64,000 nucleotides of DNA from Rhynchobatus australiae (lineage: Eukaryota). Under the pieces are notes generated by a model. The model was given only the letters and a program-made list of their open reading frames with translations, was not told the DNA's origin and did not search any database. Where the stretch lies: the NCBI GenBank assembly GCA_034780895.1, contig JAUZTB010000042.1, forward strand, positions 10,610,975 to 10,674,974, in the 5' to 3' direction. Positions 12,590 to 23,171 of this stretch are shown here, piece by piece (positions within the stretch are counted from its first letter, which is position 1; every line of letters starts with the position of its first letter). Made by a program: the position numbers and the translations under genes.

Positions 12590-13795
12590 CAGGTTTATTG
12601 ACAGATTCAGAAGGTTAAATCTGCCAGTTCACTCAGTTCAGTCTTCCAGAGGTTTTCCAGTGAAGGCAGGTGTGGGATCCAAGGCTGTATTAATTTCAGT
12701 GGGGATTGTGAGGCTGTGGATTAGGAGGCAAGTGGAAAGGTTTGTTACTTTGCATTCCCAGTTCCCCCATCTTCATTGCTTTCACACAGTTTCCACACAG
12801 ATGTATCTGAGATGCTTTCCTTCTTCCGGACCCACGGTGAATCAGTGGATCATCCCTTGTAATTTGCGTCTCTCCAAAAAGATTCCACCGCCAGATACAC
12901 TCCCTTCATAACTCCCTGGTCGTTCTTTTGTCTCCACTAATTACTCCTTTTGTTATGGCCCTTTTCCAAGCAGCTGCAGGAAATGCAATTTTTATCTCTT
13001 CCCACTTTGCAGGGACCTTAAGAGCCCTTCCAAACGAAGCAGTGATTCCAAACCAGTATGTTGCATTCAATGTTCATAATGTGGCTTTCTCTAAACTTGA
13101 GAAACCAAACACAGATTAAGTGTCAGCTTTCTGGAGCGCCAATGCCTAGTTGGTGGGGGGGACCTTGAGCTTCCTGTTGCGCTCCCACTTTCCATCCCGC
13201 TCTCACTCTGACCCAGTTGTCTGTGGCCTCCTGCACTATTATAACGAGGCCCAACATAAGGAACAGAACTTCATCCTTCTGGGCATCTTGCAGTCTTTTG
13301 GACTGAATATCAAACTTTATAACTTAAAGTAACTCACTTTTTCTGTCTGTGTCAAAACTGACCAGCATATCTGTGATTATTGGTTCAATTTTTCTCTCTC
13401 CATTAGCACCGTTTGATCTGCTGGGCTAGTCCTACAGCCTTGTATTTTGTAACTTTTATTCTGCTTTGTGTCCTCACTCTTGAACTGTCCTCATTGCATG
13501 GCTTTTATGTTTCCTTGTTCACAATCTCTCTCTCGCTCTTTCACTCTCACATCTCCCTCCCCTCCACCCTGCCCCCAATGTATCAGTGACTGTATGACCT
13601 CATATACATTGCAACCCTGGCCTTGCTAATTGGAGATATTCCCTTTGTGCTATCCATCCTTTCCATCTTGAACCCAATTAATTTTCTCTCTTTCCCAGTT
13701 CTGATCAAGGGTCTGACTGGAGTCGTTAATCGGATTCTCTTTCTAAGGATGCTGCCTGATCTGCAATTGTTTCCAGCATTTTCTGTTTTTATTAC
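12590..13795 (+). mobile_element. Degraded Penelope-like retroelement (GIY-YIG endonuclease remnant plus terminal repeat)
   Basis: Frameshifted remnants of CIQCS.CG.L...ETKHRL at about 13060-13120, and ORF 13150-13332 HF.SRSHSDPVVCGLLHYYNEAQHKEQNFI.LGILQSFGLNIKLYNL*, match the C-terminus of PLE GIY-YIG proteins. The terminal motif gttctgatcaagggtc...gatgctgcctgatctgc...tttccagcattttctgttttt follows. Confidence 0.75.
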
Positions 13796-13969
13796 TTAAA
13801 AGTAGTTTTGCTTTAATTTTATGTTCTTAGTTATTTTAGTGTTTTAGGCTTGTTTTTTAGTAGCTTTAAATAATTTTTACAGTTTGATTTTTCTTAAATT
13901 TTAGTAGTTTTTGATTGTCTCTGAATGTCAGAGGCTTTCATGTGCTATTAGAAATTCCTCATATAATAT

Positions 13970-14120
13970 AAAACAGAATGTTCTGGAAATAATCAAGTGG
14001 TCAGGCAGCATCTGTGGAGAGAGGATCAGAGTAAACCTTTCAGATTGATGATTTTTCATTAGAACGGAGTACACCCAGCACTTCCTATTTTATTCCAGTC
14101 TCTGCAATGTTTTGCTTTTT
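13970..14120 (-). mobile_element. Penelope-derived terminal repeat, inverted relative to the 13690 copy
   Basis: aaacagaatgttctggaaataatcaagtggtcaggcagcatctgtggagagaggatcagagtaaacctttcag. Confidence 0.7.
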
Positions 14121-14299
14121 GAATACTCCAGGGAGGGGGTCATTGCCTCATGTCAAAAGATGTCAGTGGTGTTTTGATCATGGGGTTTTCTCACTGAATT
14201 TCCAAAAACCTTGCCATCACAGACATCACAGCACTGAAGCCCTGCATGCTTCCAGCCTGCATGAATGATCATCTGATATGGATGGATCATTGGTGGTGT

Positions 14300-15200
14300 T
14301 TCTTGATGGAGGGACTGAGTCAACGAGATCTGGTCCAAAATACCCTAATCTTGACACCATCTCCTGCTTTGGCAATCCCTCAGGGGTTGAGGATGTCTGG
14401 CTTTCACTGAGATGGCTGATGAGGCCAATGTGGATCTCCAGACTCTGCCACAGTGGGCGCAGGTAGCGCTTGAAGAGTATGTGGTGGGTAGTATAGGAAT
14501 TGCTGCACTCCTTCTGCTGTTTTTATTGGGCTTTCGTGGGCTCGTGGTTCTCATTGCCTTTTTGGGAGTTCCTTCTCCATTGTAAGTAAGGGTGCTAAAT
14601 GTTTTTTCCAGAGGTTTTGAGAACACCTTGAAGCGTTTTCTGTCTTTCTAATTGTGTCTTACCGTGACAGAGCTTGATGTAGAATGGTTGTATTGGGAAT
14701 CTGGTGTCAGGCATGCAAACAATGCAGCCTGCCCCATTGGCACTGGTAAATGTAATTTGAACCTAGGGATGGTGTTCTGGCACATTATGGTAATATTAGT
14801 CCTGCCATTGCTTTGGGGGATATTACAGAGAATGTGTTGGCAGTACCTCCCCAGTGCTTTGATGTGCTAGCTGCAGATAGTCCATATCCCTGAAGCAGGG
14901 ATCACTTCTGCTTAGTTGAGCATGAGCTTTTTTATCTGGTTGGAGGTCTTCGTTTTCAAACACTTCTTCTCCAGTGTTGAAGGCCACATTGGCACATTGG
15001 ACACAGTGATGAATTCCATTGTCCTTGTCCTTTGAGCTGGCTGGTTCCAGCTTGCTGTCAAGAATAGCAATATCAATGTTAGAACATCTTGGTAACTGAT
15101 CTGTGAAATCAGAGTGACTTTCAGGTCTGTCGCTGCTGTGATTGTGATTAAATATTTCTTCTGTAACTCTGAGCACCAGCGTCGATTGTAGCGTCACTCT
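14300..15200 (-). mobile_element. Internally deleted RTE-clade LINE
   Basis: C-terminal zinc-knuckle remnant TCAHCGRVWRS in ORF 14345-14626, and APE-like SDRPESH...NIDIAIL in ORF 14823-15197. Confidence 0.65.
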
Positions 15201-15261
15201 TGTTGATTTGATAAAAGTACTGCTTCCTTGTCTACTAAATACCAGAATAGGAAGAACTTCC

Positions 15262-15605
15262 TGATAGAAGTTTATAAAATGATGAGAAACATAGATAGAG
15301 TAGGCAGCTGGTATCTTTTTCCCAGGGTCGAAATGTCTAATAATAGAGGGCGTGCATTTTAGGTGAGAAGGAGATAGTTCAAAAAAGACATGCGGGGCAA
15401 GTTTTTTTTACACAGGGTGGTGGATGGCTGGAATGTGCTGCCAGGGGTGGTGGTGGAGGCAGATACAATAGGGGCTCTTAAATAGGCACATGAATATGCA
15501 GAAAATGGAGGGATATGGACCATGTGCTTGGTCCATGAAGGTGTCATTTGCTTAATTAGTTCGGCACAACATCACAGGCCAAAGGGCCTGTTTCTGTGTT
15601 CTAAG
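15262..15605 (+). mobile_element. CR1/HER1-like LINE 3' end
   Basis: gaagtttataaaatgatgaga...ttttcccagggtcgaaatgtctaa...ttttttacacagggtggtggatggctggaatgtgctgccaggggtggtggtggaggcagatac...ggccaaagggcctgtttctgtg. Confidence 0.88.
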
Positions 15606-15619
15606 ATGAGATAAATGCA

Positions 15620-16320
15620 ATGAAGATAATGTTTTAATATTTTTGAAAGGTCTTTGAAAATGTGTTAGTTGTCTTATGGCTAAGCTCAGAACATGTGGAC
15701 TTGGGACAAAAGGAGTAGAAGGTGTCTCAGAAAATGAAGTACACAGATGCTAAAAACATGAAAAATCAGGTTGAAAGTGTTCAGCAGATCAGGTGGCAGT
15801 CTGGAAGAGGGATGGATATTAAGCTGACTACAAACAAGAGAGTCAGGGTTTATTATTTTCTAATCAGGCTGGTAAAAGATGGGAAATGATGTTCGACGAG
15901 GGTCAATGCAGTGAGCGATGTTCACCATTTAAATCAGTGATTTGGATTTGGAAAGCAGACACACAACTCAAAATTTGCAAGGGGTAACAAATAAACTGTG
16001 ATTTTTAAGGAGGAGTGATAAATGATCATGTTGATGGCAGATGAATTTCAATTATAACAAGTGTACAATGGTTTATTTTGACAGGAAGTTGAAAGGGCCA
16101 GATTAACTTTGGAGAGTAAATGTTTATTTGGGGCAGAAATGCACAAAAATCACACAGGTTTAACGTATCAATAAAGTAAACAAAGCACTGGTCCTTTACC
16201 AGAGGGGTAGAACTGAAAATTATAACATTTATTGTAAACCTTTACAACCTTGAATAATTTACATCTAGGGTACTGTGACATTCATACTGCAAAAGGGATA
16301 CTCAGGTTGTAGGGAAGGTG
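15620..16320 (+). mobile_element. Highly decayed CR1 reverse-transcriptase region with a short PLE-like insert
   Basis: gggtcaatgc...atttaaatcagtgatttggat...aaatttgca...tggcagatgaatttcaat...aagtgt..., residual RT-domain motifs. Confidence 0.5.
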
Positions 16321-16744
16321 CAGCTCTTTTTCCCCTGCAATTTTTTTTCTTTCTCAAAGCAAGAAAGTGATCAATCTCTTAAAAAAAACTTAGCATTTGA
16401 TACAGATCCAACATTTCTGTTCATGCTGCATGTTTTTCAGATTATATCACGGTACATGAAGACCATTTATCTGGAGCTAGAGTGTCCCTGACATCAAGGT
16501 TACTTTCAAAGTCTGATGCAGTGTGTGTTTTTGAGTAGTGGAGTAAGTTTGCAAGCATTACAGAGTCAGAACATTGGTATTTAAGTGAAGATGGGTGCAG
16601 CAACTCAAAAACAGGACTGGAAAATTGTACTTGGATGAATGTGTTCTGGTTTTCTCCTGCAGTATTATTGTTATTATTGTCACGACATAGAAGATGGCCA
16701 TTTGGCCCATCAAGTCTGTGCCGGTTCCCAGATCAATCCCATTT

Positions 16745-16990
16745 AAAAAAAAATTTATTTACAGCGTGGTAACAGGCCCTTCCGGCCCAACGAGTCCACA
16801 CTGCCCATTTTAAACCTCAAATTAACCTACCCGTATGTCTTTGGAATGTGGGAGGGAACCGGAGCACCCGGAGGAAACCCATGCAGACACGGGAGAACGT
16901 ACAAACTCCTTACGGGCAGCGGCGGGAATCGAACCCGGGTTGCTGGCGCTGTAATAGCATTGTGCTAACCACTACGCTACGTGTTTCCCC
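16745..16990 (-). mobile_element. tRNA-derived HE1/V-type SINE (young), nested in an older SINE spanning about 16686-17070
   Basis: ggaatgtgggagggaaccggagcacccggaggaaaccc...gggaatcgaacccggg...gctaaccactacgctac. The flanks gaagatggccatttggcccatcaagtc and cccacttattttccctgtaacc match the older family at 12330. Confidence 0.9.
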
Positions 16991-19409
16991 ACTTATTTTC
17001 CCTGTAACCTCTACTCTCTTACGTGCCCATCAGCTCTACCCTAATTCTCCAACTGCCCACCTACACTCTGAGAGGAGGGGGAAAGGAAGACAGAAGTAAT
17101 TCTTGTGTCTGCAGTTGTTCATTGTTTCTTTTTTCCTGCCTGCCTTCTGCATTTTGCTTTTATTTATTAGCAATGGGTACGTTATCCAGGCTTCATAAAT
17201 GACCCACCTCAGACTTCACCGAACATGATGCAAACCTTCTTGAACCACTGTAGTGTTTGTATGGATGGTGCTCCCGTGACTAGAATAAATGGGACTNNNN
17301 NNNNNNAGGATTTTGATCCAGTAACAATAAAAGATCACCGGGATTGTGTGTAACTTGGAGCCGATTGTATTCTCGAGGTATTGTTATTCTTTCCCCTGGT
17401 TGAGATCTCAGAGCTGAGCTGACATGTGATATAAAGTAAGTTCTATTGATCTATTGCAGCTCTTACATATTCAACTGGCAAGCTCTTGTCAATCTTATTA
17501 TTTCCTAAAAGCAGATTTCGTTGTGGCATTTCTTAAGGAGGGGAACTAAATGTTAACACTTTGTATCTGGAGATTNNNNNNNNNNNNNNNNNNNNNNNNN
17601 NNNNNNNNNNNNNNNNNNNNNNNNNNNNNNNNNNNNNNNNNNNNNNNNNNNNNNNNNNNNNNNNNNNNNNNNNNNNNNNNNNNNNNNNNNNNNNNNNNNN
17701 NNNNNNNNNNNNNNNNNNNNNNNNNNNNNNNNNNNNNNNNNNNNNNNNNNNNNNNNNNNNNNNNNNNNNNNNNNNNNNNNNNNNNNNNNNNNNNNNNNNN
17801 NNNNNNNNNNNNNNNNNNNNNNNNNNNNNNNNNNNNNNNNTACAGTATATTCAAGGACTTTTCCCCAGTTATGTTGCCCACCAGATTAAACCCATTATAA
17901 ACAGATTGAAGTTTGCTGTCAGTGATGTTTGCCATTGTCAGCTGAAAATTTGATGCTTGGATGAAATAGTCTTCCTGCAGAGCATAACCTTGTTTGACTG
18001 TGGCCAGTAGCCATGTCACTGTGTCAGTTTGCTTCTTTTAGAAGCCGTTGCTATGTTTAGAAATTCTTCCATTTCTTAAAGTAACTCCTTTTAAATATTC
18101 CAGATATGTGATTTTCACATCCAGCAGCCACTTAACACCACACCACAATACTATGTCTGGAATTGGCAGTCTAGTGACTAGAGCTGAGATGGTGGATATT
18201 GTTGTTTCAATTTGCTACATCACCACTGATTCAACATTATTTAAAATGCATCTGTGCTTTGTATTGAGCACGTTTATCATTGGGCACAAATTGGGTTTGT
18301 CTCTATCTCAACAGCAAGCCACTTATTCTTCACTGTGGTAGCACATGTCAGTATCTCAGTGTTATGCTGTATAGGCTGCTGCTTAAGCTTGTATTGCTTT
18401 GGCAGTACTGAGGGAGAGTTACACTGATTGTGGTGCTGTCTTTTTGTTAAAGTACTATACAGAGGCTCCTTGCAGCCTATCACTGAACTATTTAAAAGGC
18501 ACCATAGTTATCCTGTGATCCTGGTCAGTACTTATCTTCCATCTAACCACAAAAATAAAGTGCTTACTTTGTTNNNNNNNNNNNNNNNNNNNNNNNNNNN
18601 NNNNNNNNNNNNNNNNNNNNNNNNNNNNTACATTGAGAATATCTTAACCTTTAAAGTTGTGTACTTTTAAAAAGCATACTGTCTGTGTTTAAACAACATG
18701 CATTTTGAAATGCTCTAACATTGGTTACTTTTGCAAGCTAGAGGTCACATGTTGAACTGGGGCAGTGCAGTGTGTGATTGAGAGAGCTGCCATTAGTTTT
18801 CTAACCCACAAACAGTCCTGCTCACTGGTCCAATGAGGCAATGCCCAGATTGCCAACAGCCTCATTCCTGGTGCCAGAGGCTTGACACCTGTTTCATTGT
18901 TAAGCTTACTCCAAGCCCAGAGGACTAGTACGCGCCTCACTATCAACTCCTAATATACTGTAAAAAGGTTGGGTGGTAATGAATAGGATATCAGCAGTCC
19001 CTTTTAACACTAAATTTAACACTAAATTTCTGTGTAAACAGAACCTCTTGCTACACTGCAGAAGTACTTTGTTGGTTACAAAGTTCTTCACAGTGTTCTG
19101 TGATGCACTTTATTAATGTGAGCCTTCATTTCATTTTGACAGTGCTTATACACGGTAAAGCAGCAGTTGTCATGCAAACTGGTTCACATTGCTCCAACGT
19201 GAGGAGGAACTCTTAGGTGTGGTGTATCACTGCCAGATTCAAGTGCTCCATTTGTGTCTGAAATCTGATGGGGAACAACACTGAACTTAAAAAATGAGAA
19301 GAGTGGAATGAAATTGGTAGAGATCTCTAGCTGCATAAAACCCACTTTCTTAATTCCACTCAGAACGTCACAACTGTCAGAGATTGGTGGTTTTTATCTC
19401 GTTTTTCAG

Positions 19410-19840
19410 CCTGGAGTTGTGCCTCAGCGATAGCATTCTTGCCTGTGAGTTGGAACATCATGTGATCAAATGATACTTCAGAGATTTGAGCGGATAATCC
19501 AGACTAATGCTCCAGTGCTGTAGTGAGGGAAGTGCTGCACTTTCAGAGGTGCTGTCCTTCAGATGATGTGTTAAACCAAGGATTCATCTGCCCTCTTGAA
19601 TGGATGTGAAAGATCCCACAGCACAAGTTGAAGAAGTGCATGGAATTGACCATGGTGTTGTACATAATATTTATCTCTCAACCGTCACTCAAAACAGATG
19701 ACCTAGTCGTTATCTCATTACCGTTTGGGTTGAGAGGACTTGCTGTGTATAATTTGACTCCTGAGTCATCCACATTACCACGGTGACCACAGCTTCTCAA
19801 TTACGGTTTGACTGTAAAACGCTTTGCGAGGTCCTGAGGA
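19410..19840 (+). mobile_element. Near full-length DeuSINE/SacSINE-like element
   Basis: Deu-domain-like core agaggtgctgtccttcagatgatgtgttaaaccaagg...ggatgtgaaagatcccacagcac...gaagaag...aatatttatctctcaacc, decayed tRNA head, and LINE-like tail aaaacgctttg...gtcctgagg. Confidence 0.72.
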
Positions 19841-20447
19841 AGACGCTTTGTCTTTTGAATTGTGGCCACCTCACACAAGTAAAAAGATGGTACGCTAACC
19901 CTTTGCACCTCCCAAAGAATGTTAGTGTATACAGATGATTAAAAGCCCGGATTTATTTAGTCACTCTATCTTTTCTGAATAAATATTGTAAGTTAATTAA
20001 GTTTGCAAATTAAATTGTTTCTCTATTTGAGAGCCGTACTTGAATCCAGATAGTCCCTTTGATCTATCAGCTTTCTGGTCTGCTCCACTTGTTAAATTGT
20101 TACAATTGTTGGGTTATGTCTTTTTCATTGCTCTTCCCCACTATTACAATGCTTCTACTGCTTGGAGTCAGTAATGACTGAGAATCTCACTCTGCAACAG
20201 GACAAGAACTTTATGTTGTTTCATGTCAGAAATTGTGTGTGCCATCTGTAAATGGAATTTATTTGTTGTTTTATAAAGCTTATTTTTACTCTATAATAAA
20301 ACTGAAGTAAAATAGCAAGTCATTCTTTGATTTTTTTTTGTTGCTTTTTTGGCCTAAATGTGTGGGTCAAAAAAGTGTGTTTAAACCTTTGTTTTTTCTC
20401 ACCCTCACATTTTTAATGAATTTTTTTTCTTCTCCCCCTCTTTTTAG

Positions 20448-20489
20448 GTCTCCCCATGCCACACACCATTCCCCGGCCAAAAGGGCAAG
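20448..20489 (+). CDS. ATXN7L1: Candidate 42-nt alternative cassette (micro)exon of ATXN7L1, phase 1/1, encoding (G)LPMPHTIPRPKGQ(E)
   Basis: Long polypyrimidine tract ttttttttcttctccccctctttttag, branch-like ccctcac at about 20402-20408, donor CAAG|gtaggt. Length is a multiple of 3, there is no stop codon, and the phase equals that of the 31317 acceptor. No transcript evidence. Confidence 0.6.
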
Positions 20490-21329
20490 GTAGGTGATGT
20501 GCTCCCAGGCCTTTGCCACTGCTGCTCTTGAACCAGTTACTGGGTGGTGTGTGAGAGCAGCCTTGAGCTGACTCATTCAGTAACTTTCAATTTCTCTCAC
20601 TCCCTCCCTCTGGGGGAATTCACCTGATTCCTGGCTACCTAGTTGTGGGAGGGGAGTTGCACATGCTTGCCTGTGTATGGGTTGGGGACATGTACATACT
20701 AATCCAGCACTGAGCTATTAATGATTAACTATGAGCTTTTAGTTGATGGGACACGCTTTTAGTGGGCAAATGAACTGTGCCATTTATTTCCTGACTGTTC
20801 CTTGCTCCTGCTTAGCTCCCCCATTGATATGTAGTCTTATTTTCCTTAAAATACATGGCTTGGGTACTTTGCCAAAGAATTGCCAAGGCTCTTTCAAAGA
20901 ACTAGTATAAGCACATTGAGACATATGACTCTTATCTGTTCTGTATCATTGTGTTTTTTTTAAATGTTGAACTTGCTCATATAAGGCAGTCAAATTTCTC
21001 CCCCTTTCCTTTCTCCACCCCCTCCCCTTCCCTCTCCCCCCAGCATTCTCATCTTCATCCCCACTTTTCCTGAAGGTCCATTGTCATGATTGGGCAACAT
21101 TTTCATTGGCTCCAGTGCATTCCTGGTTCCTTTTCCTGTTGGAGCCTGGAAACTAATTGCTGGCAAGTTATTTGTCCAAAGGTGGCCTAACAGTCCAGTC
21201 TTTGGTTCTTTATATAACATGCACAATAAGAGTACTGGTTATAAATTGGGAGCAAAAATTGCTGTCTTATCGCCTGCCTAATCTAAGAGATACTAAAGTT
21301 GATTGTAAAAGAAATAAAGAAATTGCTTG

Positions 21330-21700
21330 CATGTAGTGTTTTTAACAACTTCAAGATGTCCTGAAGTATTTTGTATCCAATGACATTAAAAGTATACAGT
21401 TATGAAGGGTAACAATATTATTTACATCACTCTCCCACAAACATCAAATAAATTGCTTTAAATGTTGAGGCACAAATATTGGCCAGTACCCTGAGGAGAG
21501 AAGGTTCTTGATCATCTTAGAATAACGCCATGGGATCTTTTGCGACCATTTGAGAGGCCAGCTGGCTCCTCTTTTTAATGTCTGACTTGGAGGATAGAGT
21601 GCTAACATTCTTGTAGCATTCAATGGCTGCCATTGGTGAAGTTAGCACATCCCTCACTGACTTGGGATTGAACCTGATAACGTTTGGCTTGTGCTGCTAA
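21330..21700 (-). mobile_element. Decayed DeuSINE/SacSINE-like element
   Basis: gttgaggcacaaatattggccagtacc...aataacgccatgggatcttttgcgaccatttgagagg...gggattgaacctg. Confidence 0.65.
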
Positions 21701-23088
21701 ATGCATTGACTTGTGAGTGCTTCAGAGACCCCCGGTGATCAGATTTCTTAAAAAGGGAGCACTGTGCTGCTAGGCTGCGGAAATACAGGTTTCATTTGAT
21801 TCTAACGCCTTTCAGGCTGCAAGTGCTTAATTTGTACCATTGATCCAAAAATAAAAATTCGAAGAACTCTTTTCCACAGGATATAAATGTGTCACTGTAT
21901 TTTGTGACTGTAGTTGTGCCAATAATAATTATAGAAAATCAGTGCACCAAGAAATGGAGTTCCCTGGAACAGCAAAACTGATTCAATCTTCAGTCTTCCG
22001 GAAATGTTAAATTCTGTTGAACAGTGTGCTAGTATCATAATCTCTATAAAATCACAGTATTTACCTGTGCTTGACCCATGACTGTATCTGCTTATACCAA
22101 CAGGACTAAATAGTTGTATTAGAAACATTTTTTTAAATTGCTTTTCCATGGCATTTTTCACCATCCTGACATGTTCCTCAATGTGTTACAACCACTGTTT
22201 TAAGGTAGAACCAAGTCTTAAACTGTTAATTTGAAATGGAATTTAAAAAAGTCACAACCTGCTTTTATCTCCAGGCTCCCCACTTCACAGTTGTGTAGAT
22301 TATTAAAGTATTTGTTATGGAATGGAAATGTTTGTCTTTTTTAGCTACTGATTGATAGTTAATAAATTTACACATTTCACACATTTTTTACCCATTAAGT
22401 GTCAACAGCTTTGCAGTGTTAAGTTGACTAACAAGTTTAGTTTAGTTGTGTTGNNNNNNNNNNNNNNNNNNNNNNNNNNNNNNNNNNNNNNNNATATGGT
22501 TTGTGGTAGTTGGGATTGAGTAGTTGAGAAGCTAGATCAGGTGATTCTGTCAGCTGTTTTTATTTCTCGTTCTGGTTTTCTTCATGATCACATAGTTCTT
22601 GGCCTGACAGCCTAACTTTATAACTCTGACCTCATTTCCAATCCATTTGAACCCTGGTACAAGTCTCGGTATTGAACGTGAGCAAATAAGCAGATGTGAG
22701 GAAAGCATTCTTTCCTTTTTGGCTCTTGGTGCATAATGTATTGGTTTGAGAAAAACTGAATTCCTTGCATGATGTCCCACGGACTCTCTGTTAGCAATTA
22801 AAATTATTTTCTTGTAATTCCTGGACTTAAAAGAGCAAATATAGTAGTAAACATGCTTTGTGAAACCTGCCATTCAGATCAAACAGTCTTTTACCAATGC
22901 AGCTTCTAAAAGTAAGCAATATAATTTGCTTATTTGTACTCTGATTTAAAGTTGTCTTACTTCTAATCCCATTGACAGTTAAAATAAAGTGATACATTTC
23001 TGTAAAAATGCATGAGGGAAGGCTTCTCATATGTGCTAACTAAATGAGCAAAGTGCAAGTGTTTGCTCTGTTTCCTGTGTGTTTGCAG

Positions 23089-23171
23089 CATTGTAAATGA
23101 AGCATGAGAATTTGCACTGGTTGCTGCGTGTTGGTGCTATTCTATCCAATGCATGAGTGTATCCCTGGTTG
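23089..23171 (+). other. Candidate alternative exon of ATXN7L1 (alternative 5' exon supplying MSVSLV-E, or poison cassette)
   Basis: Strong donor TTG|gtaagt at 23171/23172. ATG AGT GTA TCC CTG GTT G (23153-23171) is in phase 1 with the 31317 exon. Possible acceptor tttcctgtgtgtttgcag at 23088. Confidence 0.35.
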
